This document shows, piece after piece, positions 54,759 to 64,000 of a stretch of 64,000 nt of DNA. Origin of the DNA: Saccharofermentanales bacterium (GTDB taxonomy: Bacteria; Bacillota; Clostridia; Saccharofermentanales; DTU023). Position numbers and translations under genes: made by a program. Numbering within the stretch: position 1 is the first letter of the stretch; the number at the start of each line of letters is the position of its first letter. Location of the stretch: positions 915,015 through 979,014 of the forward strand of contig JBMNJZ010000001.1 in assembly GCA_050951925.1 (NCBI GenBank), written 5' to 3'. Below the pieces are notes generated by a model. That model ran no database searches, was not told the DNA's origin, and was given only the letters and a program-made list of their open reading frames with translations.

Positions 54759-54804
54759 GGTGGAGTAAAGTGTCGTGTTAGTACTTGATTGTGGAGTAAA
54801 AGTA
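54759..54804 (+). promoter_or_regulatory. Direct GTGGAGTAAA repeats, candidate MraZ operator upstream of the dcw cluster
   Basis: GTGGAGTAAA occurs at 54760-54769 and again at 54791-54800. A GTGT lies 10 bp after the first copy. The site is 40-80 bp upstream of the mraZ start. Confidence 0.4.
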
Positions 54805-54841
54805 ACGGACAACTGCTTCAAAAACTGCAAAGGAGACGTCT

Positions 54842-55276
54842 GTGGCTAGGTATACACATATCATTGATAAAAAGGGACGTGTGATTGTGCCTGCCCGCTT
54901 GCGTGAAAACCTTACCGGTACGCTTCATATCACAGGCAATCTGGATCCTGGTTATTTGACGCTCTACACGAGCGAACAGTTCAGTTCAATTCGCGCTCAA
55001 TTACTGCAGCTCTCAGGAACAGATCCTGATGTTCGCCGCTTTCAGCGCTTTATTATCGGTGAGGCTGTAGTCTGTGAAATTGACAGTCAGGGCCGCATCT
55101 CAGTAAGTTCTAATCTCTGGGATTTGATCGGTGTAGGTCCGGGTGATGAAATCTGTTTTATCGACATGATTGATAAAGTTGAGATCTGTTCTGAGCAGTT
55201 CTATCAGGAGCAAAAGGCTCATGAAGACCCGATCGCCGGACTTGACTTGAGTAAGTTCGATGTCAAGGGATTGTAG
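54842..55276 (+). CDS. mraZ: Transcriptional regulator MraZ
   Basis: GTG start with an AGGAG RBS. There are duplicated SpoVT/AbrB-like halves (DKKGRVIVPARLRENL and DSQGRISVSSNLWDLIG). Confidence 0.9.
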   Translation: MARYTHIIDKKGRVIVPARLRENLTGTLHITGNLDPGYLTLYTSEQFSSIRAQLLQLSGTDPDVRRFQRFIIGEAVVCEIDSQGRISVSSNLWDLIGVGPGDEICFIDMIDKVEICSEQFYQEQKAHEDPIAGLDLSKFDVKGL

Positions 55277-56219
55277 CTTGGCGCATGTTCCGGTTCTTGC
55301 CACTGAGGTTATCGAGGCGCTGAAGATTGTACCGGATGGCAGATATGTAGATTGTACAGCCGGAGATGGCGGACATAGCTCGCTCATACTGTCGAAACTT
55401 GGTGCAAGGGGTAGTCTGATAGCCCTTGATCGTGACTACGAGGCATGTAAAACCACCAAGTTGAAACTGGACAAGATGGAAGCGGATGGGACCTGGGAAG
55501 TGGTGAGGAGCAATTTCTCCGCCCTGGAACAAATTCTGCAAGCGAGGGCTATTGAATCTGTAGATGGGATTTTGGCAGATCTGGGTGTATCTTCTGTCCA
55601 GCTGGATCAATGGGAACGAGGTTTTTCCTACCGGCAGGATGGCCCGCTGGATATGCGAATGGATAAAGCCGGCGGAGAAACCGCGGCACAATGGTTAAAT
55701 CGGGTTACACAACCGGAATTGCAAAGGGTCCTGAGTGAATATGGTGAAGAAAGGTATGCCGGGCGTATCTCACAGGCCATCATTAGAGCTAGAGACAGCG
55801 CCGCGATTTTGACGACCGGGGAATTGGCAGAGATTATTGTTAGAAGTATGCCTGCTGTCTCCCGGCGCGAGCAGCAGCATCCGGCCCGCAGGAGTTTTCA
55901 GGCCATCAGGATTGCTATCAATAATGAGCTGGGAGAACTGGAGCGGTTGTTGGATCAATTGCCCGGAATAATGGCAGACCGGGGGAGAATAGTTATCATC
56001 ACCTTTCATTCCCTGGAAGACAGGCTGGTGAAACAACGCTTCAGACAATGGGAAAAGCCATGTATTTGCCCGCCGGATCTGCCGCTATGTGCCTGTGGCA
56101 AAGAGTCTATCGGCACTATAATAAGTGTCCCTAACGACACGGCAAGTGCAGAAGAGCTACAAAACAATCGGCGTGCTCACAGCGCGCGCCTACGGGTATT
56201 TGAGAGGAGGCTGGCATGA
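55260..56219 (+). CDS. rsmH: 16S rRNA (cytosine1402-N4)-methyltransferase
   Basis: Motifs seen: HVPVL, DCTAGDGGHS, DLGVSSVQLD, ITFHSLEDR. Confidence 0.95.
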   Translation: MSRDCSLAHVPVLATEVIEALKIVPDGRYVDCTAGDGGHSSLILSKLGARGSLIALDRDYEACKTTKLKLDKMEADGTWEVVRSNFSALEQILQARAIESVDGILADLGVSSVQLDQWERGFSYRQDGPLDMRMDKAGGETAAQWLNRVTQPELQRVLSEYGEERYAGRISQAIIRARDSAAILTTGELAEIIVRSMPAVSRREQQHPARRSFQAIRIAINNELGELERLLDQLPGIMADRGRIVIITFHSLEDRLVKQRFRQWEKPCICPPDLPLCACGKESIGTIISVPNDTASAEELQNNRRAHSARLRVFERRLA

Positions 56220-56785
56220 ATCGATATGAGCACGGCAATTTAGCCTTAAAGGACAATTTGGCGCCGGAATTATATCCGTATGCAACGCCCGAACCGTTGC
56301 CGCTTCCTGATTATGAGCCAGAAAGGCGCAAGCGCGAGCGCAGACTGCGCAGACTGCAGTATGAGAGCCAAGTCTACTTAAATTACAAACAGGACACGCG
56401 CGCCAGAAGCAGACATTTATTCAGCTTGGTTCTCGTAATTGTTGCAGCTGCGGCAGTGCTGGGCATTTCAGTTTTGCGCTACGCCAGAATTACGGAACTC
56501 AACTTCTCTAATGTCAGATTAAATCGGGAAATTAAAGAATTGGAAATTGAAAATTCTCTGATTCAAAACGCTATCATCAATAAAATTAATCTTGATGAGG
56601 TCAGAGAGAATGCCCGCACGGAAGCTGGACTGCAACAAGTAAGCCCCCAGCAAATCGTACAGTTGGATTTCAGTGCAAGCGACAAAGTTGTGTATACAAC
56701 AGGTTCTGCCAGTGAGATGGAATACGATTTTGCAGTCGATACTGTAATAGAGTGGGTGATAGATCAGCGTCAATCCCAACCATAG
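56216..56785 (+). CDS. ftsL: FtsL-like cell-division protein
   Basis: 189 aa. It has an Arg-rich N-terminus, one TM helix (LFSLVLVIVAAAAVLGISVL) and a coiled-coil (NREIKELEIENSLIQ). Its position is after rsmH. Confidence 0.7.
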   Translation: MNRYEHGNLALKDNLAPELYPYATPEPLPLPDYEPERRKRERRLRRLQYESQVYLNYKQDTRARSRHLFSLVLVIVAAAAVLGISVLRYARITELNFSNVRLNREIKELEIENSLIQNAIINKINLDEVRENARTEAGLQQVSPQQIVQLDFSASDKVVYTTGSASEMEYDFAVDTVIEWVIDQRQSQP

Positions 56786-56797
56786 GAGCGCTTTTCT

Positions 56798-59179
56798 GTG
56801 TTATTTAGTAAGAGCAGAGGACAAAATGATATAATAAAGTCAACTCAACATGACGACATAATGTCACATGTTGATTCTGTTGTTCCCGGCTCGAAAGCCG
56901 GAGGCTCACGCCGGGCGGGCAGAAAAAAGACAGCCCGTGGCGTAAGGTTTATCCGGTTTTTATCTATGGCTATATGTTTGATTGCAATCATTGTTTTGCT
57001 TAATCTGTATCAGATTCAAGTCAAGAGATATGACAGATACGTTGCTGCCGGTGCGAATCAGCAGTTCATCATGCAAAGAAGCCAGCCCAAGCGCGGAGAT
57101 ATTTATGACAGCGATGGTATTTTGATCGCGTCTTCAGTTATCAAATATAGCATCGGCATTACCCCGGCGAATGTGCGCTCTATCAACTACAAAGTCAATG
57201 AGGCGGAAATAATCGACTTTACTTCGGCTACACTCGAGATCCCCTCTGAAAAAATGAGCGCCTGGTTGGAGCAGAAAGAGCGCAGCTATATCCTGATTGC
57301 TAAGAATGTGCCGGAGGAAAAAGCGGAAACCCTAAAAAGTTGGCTGGTTGAGAACAGGGTAGGTGGCTATACTTTTGATTTGACTTCCGAGCGCCTATAC
57401 AATAATGGCGACCTTGCCGGTCAAGTTGTTGGCTTTACACGCTTTGAAGAGCAAAAGCTGAAAGGCGTAACAGGCCTTGAAGCTTATTATGATACAATCC
57501 TAAGCGGCGAAGCCGGATATAGCTACGCCAGAAGAGATAATTACCGCAATCACGGAACGGTGCCTTTCTCTATCCCCGCTGACCAGCAAAAGGTTGATGG
57601 TGCGGATATGCATTTGCATCTCAATCTCAAAATGCAGGAAGTCCTGCAACATGAGTTGGAGCAGATTGCCGGGGTAGCAGGTCTTAATACCGGTGTGATG
57701 GGTCTGGTAATGGATGTAAATACAGGTTGGATTTATGCCATGGGACAAATTCCAACCATGCAGAGCCAGCATCCGACTGCGGCACCCGGAGGAATTGACC
57801 CGCATTTTTGGAACCTGGATCTTGATAAAGTGATCAATCAGCTCAGTTCCCAAGTCTGGCGAAATGCGATAGTATCCGATGTGTTTGAGCCCGGATCGAC
57901 CATGAAAGCAATCACTGCCGCTATTGCCTTTGAGGAAGCGGCTGTGACTGAAGCGACAGAATTTGATGATAGTCCAATTGAGGTCATGAACCATACCATC
58001 AGTTGTGTGTTAAGAAGTGGCCATGGCATTGAGAGTATGACACAGGCCTTTGTTAATTCCTGTAATCCTGTTTTTGTCCAGATTGGACAGATGATTGACC
58101 AGGATCTATTCTACGATTATCTAAAGACCTATGGTTTTATGGATAAGACAGGCATTGATCTGCCGGCGGAAACTAATACTATTTTTCACGATAGACCAAG
58201 CAAACTTGATTTTGCTAATATTACTTTCGGCGAATCAGTTGCTGTGACACCTCTCCATATCGCTCGTGCTTATGCTGCTATTGTCAACGGAGGTTATCTT
58301 GTCCAGCCGTCAGTGGTCAGAGAATTTGTAAATCCTGACGGAGTAGCGGAGGCGGTTGTCACAGGACAGCCCGTGCAGATTATCTCGACAGAGACCTCGG
58401 CTAGAATATGCAAGTTGCTGAAAGAGGCGGGAAATGCCGGCAATCATTCAACATTTAGTTGCGTGGGGCATGATATAGGCGGCAAAACCAGTACATCCAC
58501 TGATGAAATTGATAAACAGAACACCTATTCATTTATTGCTGTAGGGCCAAGTGAATCTGCGGATATTCTCTGTATGATACTGGTCAAGAAACCTGTCAAT
58601 AGATTTTCCAGTAGCGCGATTGTAGCTCGGCATACCAAAAGATTGTTGGGCAGAATAATGGATTTGAGAGGCTATCAGCGGCATTACGATGCCAATGAGG
58701 CAGCCAGGCTGGCCAAAAATGTCAGCCTGCCTGATATCAGCGGTCTTACATATAGCGAGGCGGCTTTTGCGCTATCGGAACTGGATCTATATGGTTTTCG
58801 CGCCAATTCGGAACTGGGTTATGATGACAAAGTAGCGTATTTGAATTTGACATCCGGTTCGAAAGTGGCGGTTGGATCAACAATCTGGCTTACCGACAGC
58901 ATAGATACAACCGAGGTTAATGTGCCTGATTTTTCCAATCTGGACTATCATAGTTGTATCTGGCTGGCTGAATCTGCCGGAGTAGTCCTGAGAACTCATG
59001 GCCTGCCCACACAGGGAGTAGTTTCTCAAAGCCCGGCACCTTCCAGGCAGCAGATCGACGAACAGGACACTGACGAAGTTGGGGCGCCGCAAATTGATGA
59101 AATGGCAGATAATCAGGTTCAGGGCAAGGTGCCCAGAGGCTCAGTAATCGACATCTGGTTTGAAGAGCCGGACGCATAA
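56798..59179 (+). CDS. Class B penicillin-binding protein (FtsI/PBP2B/SpoVD-like) with two C-terminal PASTA domains
   Basis: It has a TM anchor and a dimerisation domain. The transpeptidase motifs are STMK (EPGSTMKAIT), SCN and KTST-type (GGKTSTS). Two PASTA-like units begin at VSLPDISGLTY and VNVPDFSNLDY. Confidence 0.9.
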   Translation: MLFSKSRGQNDIIKSTQHDDIMSHVDSVVPGSKAGGSRRAGRKKTARGVRFIRFLSMAICLIAIIVLLNLYQIQVKRYDRYVAAGANQQFIMQRSQPKRGDIYDSDGILIASSVIKYSIGITPANVRSINYKVNEAEIIDFTSATLEIPSEKMSAWLEQKERSYILIAKNVPEEKAETLKSWLVENRVGGYTFDLTSERLYNNGDLAGQVVGFTRFEEQKLKGVTGLEAYYDTILSGEAGYSYARRDNYRNHGTVPFSIPADQQKVDGADMHLHLNLKMQEVLQHELEQIAGVAGLNTGVMGLVMDVNTGWIYAMGQIPTMQSQHPTAAPGGIDPHFWNLDLDKVINQLSSQVWRNAIVSDVFEPGSTMKAITAAIAFEEAAVTEATEFDDSPIEVMNHTISCVLRSGHGIESMTQAFVNSCNPVFVQIGQMIDQDLFYDYLKTYGFMDKTGIDLPAETNTIFHDRPSKLDFANITFGESVAVTPLHIARAYAAIVNGGYLVQPSVVREFVNPDGVAEAVVTGQPVQIISTETSARICKLLKEAGNAGNHSTFSCVGHDIGGKTSTSTDEIDKQNTYSFIAVGPSESADILCMILVKKPVNRFSSSAIVARHTKRLLGRIMDLRGYQRHYDANEAARLAKNVSLPDISGLTYSEAAFALSELDLYGFRANSELGYDDKVAYLNLTSGSKVAVGSTIWLTDSIDTTEVNVPDFSNLDYHSCIWLAESAGVVLRTHGLPTQGVVSQSPAPSRQQIDEQDTDEVGAPQIDEMADNQVQGKVPRGSVIDIWFEEPDA

Positions 59180-59257
59180 ATGAACGAATAAAAGCAAATG
59201 ACTGTTCGCAGTCACTGTTCTATACTTAATTAGTTGATTTTGATGGAGGGGTAGAAC

Positions 59258-60739
59258 ATGAAAACAAGATTTTTGCCCAATCAGATCCAGCAATGGACAG
59301 GCGGCAAACTGATACGCAGTAATAATTCTGCCAATAATACCGAGATATTTTATTCCGGTATTTCGACTGATACCAGGTCACTGGTACCGGGCGAGGTATT
59401 TCTGGCTTTGCGGGGCGAGAATTTTGATGGACATGATTTCATTGAGCAGGCGATCAAACGGGGAGCAGGCATGCTTATCCTGGAAGCAAATTCCGTCCAG
59501 GCGCAGGAAATGCAGGATCGGATTCATGAGCCGGGGACACCGGAACTATTGCTGGTAAGTGATACTTTGGAAGCCTACATGAAAATCGCTGCCGGTCACC
59601 GACAAACACTAGAGACGACAATTATCGGCGTCACAGGCTCTGTCGGTAAAACCACAACCAGGCGTATGGTGCATCAGATTTTGAACTCTCAGCTCCGCGC
59701 AGAGCAATCGGATGCCAATCTCAATAATCATATCGGCCTGTCATATACAATCTTGAGTACGAATGCTGAGGCTCAAGTCCTGGTGGCTGAGATTGCTGTA
59801 GATAGAATCGGTGAAATGGCTGAGCTTTCCGCTTTAGCCCGGCCGGACATCGCTATCATCACCGGCATAGGCTACAGTCATGCTTTGTATTTTGGCAGCA
59901 GGGAAGCGATCCTGAAAGAAAAAATGGATTTGCTGCATGATATGAAGGATAATAGTCTGGTTTTGTTAAACGGCAATGACGCAGGTCTCAGATCTTGGGC
60001 GGCAGCTCACAAAGAAGACACACGCTTCGCCATCTGGTTTGTTTCTAATCTGAAATATAAAGATGAAATCCTGGCAGAAGGCTTTCCTGTCTTCTGGTAT
60101 AAAGATATGTCTCTTACAGCCGACAGCACTGATTTCAAAGTTAAATGCAGTTTTGCTCCTGAGGAAGTCTGGCAGATCCACCTGCCTTTTGCGGCTTCTC
60201 ATCTGACGGAGGCTACTATGTTCGGACTGGCCTGTGCTTATATACAGGGGCTGGATATGGATCTTGCGTCACAGGCTGCAAGCGGCTTTGTGAATACTGG
60301 CTCCAGGCAACAATTAAACGCCTTAGAGCAGAATATTTTGTTGCTGGATGATTCGTATAATTCCTCACCTGAAGCTATGACCAGCGGTTTAACGACCCTG
60401 GCCCATATTTCTGAATCAGCTCAGAGAATTGGTGTTTTCGGCGATATGAGAGAACTGGGCAAATATGCTCACGAGCTTCACCTCAAGATTGCCGATCTGA
60501 TCATTGATATAGGTTTTCGCGAAATTTATCTCATTGGCGATGAAATGCAGCGAGTAGCCGAGTATTTGCATACGAAGGCGCCAACCATTAAGACCAGATG
60601 GTTTGAGGATCGTGATACGATGGGACAGGAATTGTTGGAAGCGATACGCCCTGGGGATGCGATTATGGTAAAAGGCTCGCATTATTTTGAACTGGATCGT
60701 ATCGCCAACGTTATTAAATTGCGCTTTGGCGGAAAGTAG
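59258..60739 (+). CDS. murF: UDP-N-acetylmuramoyl-tripeptide--D-alanyl-D-alanine ligase
   Basis: Motifs seen: ISTDTRSLVPGEVFLALRGENFDGHDF, GVTGSVGKTTT and DDSYNSSPEAM. Confidence 0.9.
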   Translation: MKTRFLPNQIQQWTGGKLIRSNNSANNTEIFYSGISTDTRSLVPGEVFLALRGENFDGHDFIEQAIKRGAGMLILEANSVQAQEMQDRIHEPGTPELLLVSDTLEAYMKIAAGHRQTLETTIIGVTGSVGKTTTRRMVHQILNSQLRAEQSDANLNNHIGLSYTILSTNAEAQVLVAEIAVDRIGEMAELSALARPDIAIITGIGYSHALYFGSREAILKEKMDLLHDMKDNSLVLLNGNDAGLRSWAAAHKEDTRFAIWFVSNLKYKDEILAEGFPVFWYKDMSLTADSTDFKVKCSFAPEEVWQIHLPFAASHLTEATMFGLACAYIQGLDMDLASQAASGFVNTGSRQQLNALEQNILLLDDSYNSSPEAMTSGLTTLAHISESAQRIGVFGDMRELGKYAHELHLKIADLIIDIGFREIYLIGDEMQRVAEYLHTKAPTIKTRWFEDRDTMGQELLEAIRPGDAIMVKGSHYFELDRIANVIKLRFGGK

Positions 60740-60746
60740 GTAAACA

Positions 60747-61751
60747 ATGACACCTTTTTGGCAGGCTGTTGTTCTGTTTTTTGTGATGTTGATCGGGACG
60801 ATTCTGACCGGTCTGATCGGCCTGCCCTTAATCAAAAAATCCCAGCTGGTCCAGACAGTTAGAGATGATGGCCCCAAGACTCATTTTGCCAAATCCGGCA
60901 CACCGACATTTGGCGGTATCTTTTTTCTGCTTCCCCTGATGGTTATCGCTGTTATCCTTCCCCTGGCCAGACCCAAGTTACTGAATTTCAGTGTCGTGGC
61001 TTTGTTAATGTTATTATTCAGCCTGGTCGGCTTTATTGATGACTTTGTCAAAGTCAAGGTTGATAAAGAAGGTTTGTCCGTTATTCAGAAGACTGTTCTC
61101 TTGGGGTTTTTCTCAATTTTCTTTACGCTCTGGTATCTATTTGTCATGGCTGAAGACCCGATATTGATTTTGCCTGTGGTACGGAAAGTTCTGGTGATCA
61201 GTGGCTGGTGGAAGTTACCGTATGGCATTTTTGTGATTTTATTTATATTTTACATAAGTAATGCGGTCAATATTACGGACGGTCTTGATGGTTTGTTATC
61301 CGGTTTAACTGTGATCAGCAGCCTGTTTTTGGCTCTTACTGCCTGGCTGATCAGAGATTTGATCGAGGGCTATTTTCCTGCCTTATTATTGAGCCTTGTA
61401 CTGGCAGCGGGCTGTCTGGGCTTTTTGGTTTTCAACCGCCATCCGGCTAAGATCTTTATGGGCGATACAGGCTCTCAGGCTCTTGGCGTCGGTCTTGCAG
61501 GCATAACTTTAATGCTTGGCGTACCGTGGTTGATGCTGATAACAGGCTTTGTCTTTGTTTTTGAAGGACTATCAGTTGTGATTCAGTTTCTGTACTTTCG
61601 GCGTACAGGCGGGAAACGTATTTTCCGGATGGCGCCGATCCACCACCATTTTGAGTTGGGTGGCTGGAAAGAAACAAAAGTTGTTGCGGTATTCTGGTTG
61701 GTGGCGATTCTATGCGGGGCATTGGGACTACTGACCATTTATCCTTTTTGA
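60747..61751 (+). CDS. mraY: Phospho-N-acetylmuramoyl-pentapeptide transferase
   Basis: Motifs seen: DGPKTHFAKSGTPTFGG, NAVNITDGLDGL, MGDTGSQALG and PIHHHFE. Confidence 0.95.
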   Translation: MTPFWQAVVLFFVMLIGTILTGLIGLPLIKKSQLVQTVRDDGPKTHFAKSGTPTFGGIFFLLPLMVIAVILPLARPKLLNFSVVALLMLLFSLVGFIDDFVKVKVDKEGLSVIQKTVLLGFFSIFFTLWYLFVMAEDPILILPVVRKVLVISGWWKLPYGIFVILFIFYISNAVNITDGLDGLLSGLTVISSLFLALTAWLIRDLIEGYFPALLLSLVLAAGCLGFLVFNRHPAKIFMGDTGSQALGVGLAGITLMLGVPWLMLITGFVFVFEGLSVVIQFLYFRRTGGKRIFRMAPIHHHFELGGWKETKVVAVFWLVAILCGALGLLTIYPF

Positions 61752-61763
61752 CGGTGTTATATT

Positions 61764-63128
61764 ATGAGTGCTATGGATCAAAAGCAAGAATCAATTCAGT
61801 CTCTGGATAAAAATGCGGACTATTCCGGATTTCGTAAAATGGATTTGCCCCTGCTGATTATTTCTTTGATTCTGTGCACTTTCGGTTTGGTGATGATGTT
61901 TAGTTCGAGCATTAGCATCAGTTTTGCCAGGACCGGCGACAGTTCAAGCGCCTTGATTAGCAAACAGATTGGTATTACCGGCGGCGCCCTTTTGGCTTCA
62001 ATTTTTATGGCCAGATTCATCCGCCTGAACTTTTTCCGCAAACGCTGGTTCAGAAATGCTCTATATATAGCCGTGACGGTTTTTCTGATGCTGGTTCTGA
62101 TCAGAGGACAGACAATTAATGGCGCTAAGCGCTGGCTGGACTTAAAAATTTTTACTTTCCAGCCGTCTGAGGCTGCCAAGATCGGAGCCGTACTATGGTT
62201 GTCGCTTGAACTGGAATATCAGAAACAGCAGATGCAGAAGCTCAAGAATAAATGGCGTGACCCCTGGCAGAAATTCTGGCAACAGGGTCGGTATTTATTG
62301 ACCTGGCCTGCTTGCAAGATGTTGGTTTGGTTTGGACTCATTATTGTTCAGCCTCATTTCTCGGCTGCACTTATTTTTGCCATTATTGTATGTGCGATGT
62401 TTTTATTTGCCGGTCTGCAACGGTCGGTATGGATATCGGGCTCCCTTCAGCTTGTGGCTATTTTGCTGATTCTGGGATTGTTGCTACTTATCATGTTGCC
62501 TTGGTTTACAGGCATGAGCAATAGTGATTTTCTATCCCGAAGATTCGCCCATGTCTTCAGGCGCTTGGATACTTATCAGGATCCGGTCAATGCATCCGAC
62601 GATGATATTATGCAGATCAGACAGGCACAGATTGCGCTGGGATCCGGCGGATTGACAGGAGTTGGCCTTGGCCGCAGCGTACAGAAGATGAACTGGTTGC
62701 CGGAAGCTCATAATGACTATGTACTGGCTATTATTGGAGAGGAACTGGGCTTTCTTGGTACAGCATTTATTCTTTTGCTATTTGTAGCTTTTATGTTTCG
62801 CGGTTTCAGCGTAGCTCTGACTGCGAGAAGCAGAGCTGGTCTGATGATTGCCGCCGGATATACTTTTTTTCTTGTCCTGCAGGCGCTGATCAACTTCGGT
62901 GTAGCTGTTAATCTATTGCCGGCTACAGGTATTTCTCTACCTTTCTTTAGTTCGGGCGGTACGGCAAATGCCTTTTTTATATTCGCGGCAGGCATGATTC
63001 TGCTCGTATCCAAATGGGATCAAAAAGAAAATCCTGAATTGAGTCATATCCTTGTCAGGGAACGGCGCGGACAGCAACAGAGCGTTGCTCCAAACTTGAT
63101 CCAGCGGGAAGCAGGTACAGGTAGTTGA
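61764..63128 (+). CDS. ftsW: SEDS-family lipid II polymerase/flippase FtsW (SpoVE-like)
   Basis: Motifs seen: FQPSEAAKI, PEAHNDYVLA and SLPFFSSGGTA. Its position is between mraY and murG. Confidence 0.85.
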   Translation: MSAMDQKQESIQSLDKNADYSGFRKMDLPLLIISLILCTFGLVMMFSSSISISFARTGDSSSALISKQIGITGGALLASIFMARFIRLNFFRKRWFRNALYIAVTVFLMLVLIRGQTINGAKRWLDLKIFTFQPSEAAKIGAVLWLSLELEYQKQQMQKLKNKWRDPWQKFWQQGRYLLTWPACKMLVWFGLIIVQPHFSAALIFAIIVCAMFLFAGLQRSVWISGSLQLVAILLILGLLLLIMLPWFTGMSNSDFLSRRFAHVFRRLDTYQDPVNASDDDIMQIRQAQIALGSGGLTGVGLGRSVQKMNWLPEAHNDYVLAIIGEELGFLGTAFILLLFVAFMFRGFSVALTARSRAGLMIAAGYTFFLVLQALINFGVAVNLLPATGISLPFFSSGGTANAFFIFAAGMILLVSKWDQKENPELSHILVRERRGQQQSVAPNLIQREAGTGS

Positions 63129-63157
63129 AGCGGGGGACATCAAAAAGAAAATTCACC

Positions 63158-64000
63158 ATGTTGATCGGAGCCGGTGGCACCAGCGGACATATTAATCCTG
63201 CGCTGACTTTGGCTAACTATACCAAGGAACAGAACCCTGAGGCGGAGATAATCTTTTGCGGCTTAAAGAACAGCCTGGAGGCGGAAATTGTCGCCAGAGC
63301 AGGCTACAAACTGGAATACATCAGGGCAGTTGTTTTGCCTTCGCGCGGCAGTCGCAAAAAAATGCGCTGGATGCGCGAGAATGTCTCGGGAATCCGGCAA
63401 TGCATGAAATATATCAGACGATATAAACCTGATATTGTTGTCAGTACGGGCGGTTTTGTGGGCAGTCCTCTGGTTTTTGCCGGACTGTTGTTAAGAAAAC
63501 CGGTATTACTACACGAACAGAACGCTTTACCGGGTAGATCCAACCGCTTTTTCGGTCCTTCTTGTAAAGCTGTCTGTATTAGCTTTGCAGAAAGTGTCAG
63601 ATACTTTAAGAGGAAGACCAGAACTGTACTGACAGGAAACCCGGTATCCGCGGACTTCTTTAAGCTGACTAAAGAAGAGGCGCGCTGCAAGCTGAACATT
63701 GATGAGGATGTATTCCATGTTGTGCTGATGGGGGGCAGTCTGGGTGCCAGGTCACTAAACAGTGCCGTAGTTGATCTGGTTGAGTCCGGCAAATGGGCTT
63801 CTATGATTGAAGAATATCCGAATCTGTTTCTGACGATCAGCACCGGTATGCAGCGTGGCAAAGAAATTTGTAAACAACTGTCAGAGGTGCCCAATATCAC
63901 GGCAAGCGAATATCTTTATGACGGTCTGTCCTGGATGGCCTCGGCTGATCTTTTTGTTGGCAGAGCCGGGGCAATGACTTGTGCTGAGTTGGCAGCACTG
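63158..64000 (+). CDS. murG: UDP-N-acetylglucosamine--N-acetylmuramyl-(pentapeptide) pyrophosphoryl-undecaprenol GlcNAc transferase, 3' end outside the window
   Basis: This gene is not in the ORF track because it has no stop in the window. My own translation gives MLIGAGGTSGHINPAL...HEQNALPG...TGNPV...GGSLGA...GRAGAMTCAELAAL, and the frame is open to base 64000. An alternative TTG start at 63125 overlaps the ftsW stop. Confidence 0.9.
   Translation, partial: MLIGAGGTSGHINPALTLANYTKEQNPEAEIIFCGLKNSLEAEIVARAGYKLEYIRAVVLPSRGSRKKMRWMRENVSGIRQCMKYIRRYKPDIVVSTGGFVGSPLVFAGLLLRKPVLLHEQNALPGRSNRFFGPSCKAVCISFAESVRYFKRKTRTVLTGNPVSADFFKLTKEEARCKLNIDEDVFHVVLMGGSLGARSLNSAVVDLVESGKWASMIEEYPNLFLTISTGMQRGKEICKQLSEVPNITASEYLYDGLSWMASADLFVGRAGAMTCAELAAL

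Noticed and set aside
63304-63900. A 198-aa minus-strand ORF at the right edge
   Set aside because: It is antisense to murG, which is missing from the ORF track only because it has no stop codon inside the window. The plus-strand translation shows unmistakable MurG motifs.

Overview
This looks like a chromosomal segment from a Bacillota (Clostridia-like) bacterium, and most of it is housekeeping. The left 12 kb holds a type IV pilus/pseudopilus locus. The 3' part of pilM and pilN/pilO-like genes on the + strand converge on a 4-gene minus-strand operon of prepilin-leader proteins. The first gene of that operon encodes a 1998-aa giant modular pilin with two GLUG-like repeat blocks, and this is the most unusual object in the window. 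Next come about 550 bp of non-coding DNA containing an 18-bp inverted-repeat pair and a phased GGTGCA direct-repeat array. After that sit an orphan AAA+ (AAA_14/DUF4143-type) ATPase preceded by twin ~30-nt hairpins, and tRNA-Val. The rest of the window, in order: a TetR regulator, ftsH, a BcrA/BadF-type double activase fused to dehydratase-like domains, a TraX-family gene, mreB, rho (with a long low-complexity N-terminal insert), purF and a MATE exporter. Then an ECF sigma factor with a coupled membrane protein, malQ, tRNA-Thr, a TetR-MMPL-heptad-repeat module, an SPFH/zinc-ribbon protein, mscL, tRNA-Trp and a heterodimeric ABC exporter. Then the rimP-nusA-ylxR-ylxQ-infB-rbfA-nrnA-truB-ribF operon, lgt, a SEDS gene, and the dcw cluster mraZ-rsmH-ftsL-PBP-murF-mraY-ftsW-murG, where murG runs off the window. 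I saw no CRISPR array, transposase, integrase or rRNA. All functional calls come from motif and architecture recognition by eye on the supplied translations and sequence. No database search or folding program was run.
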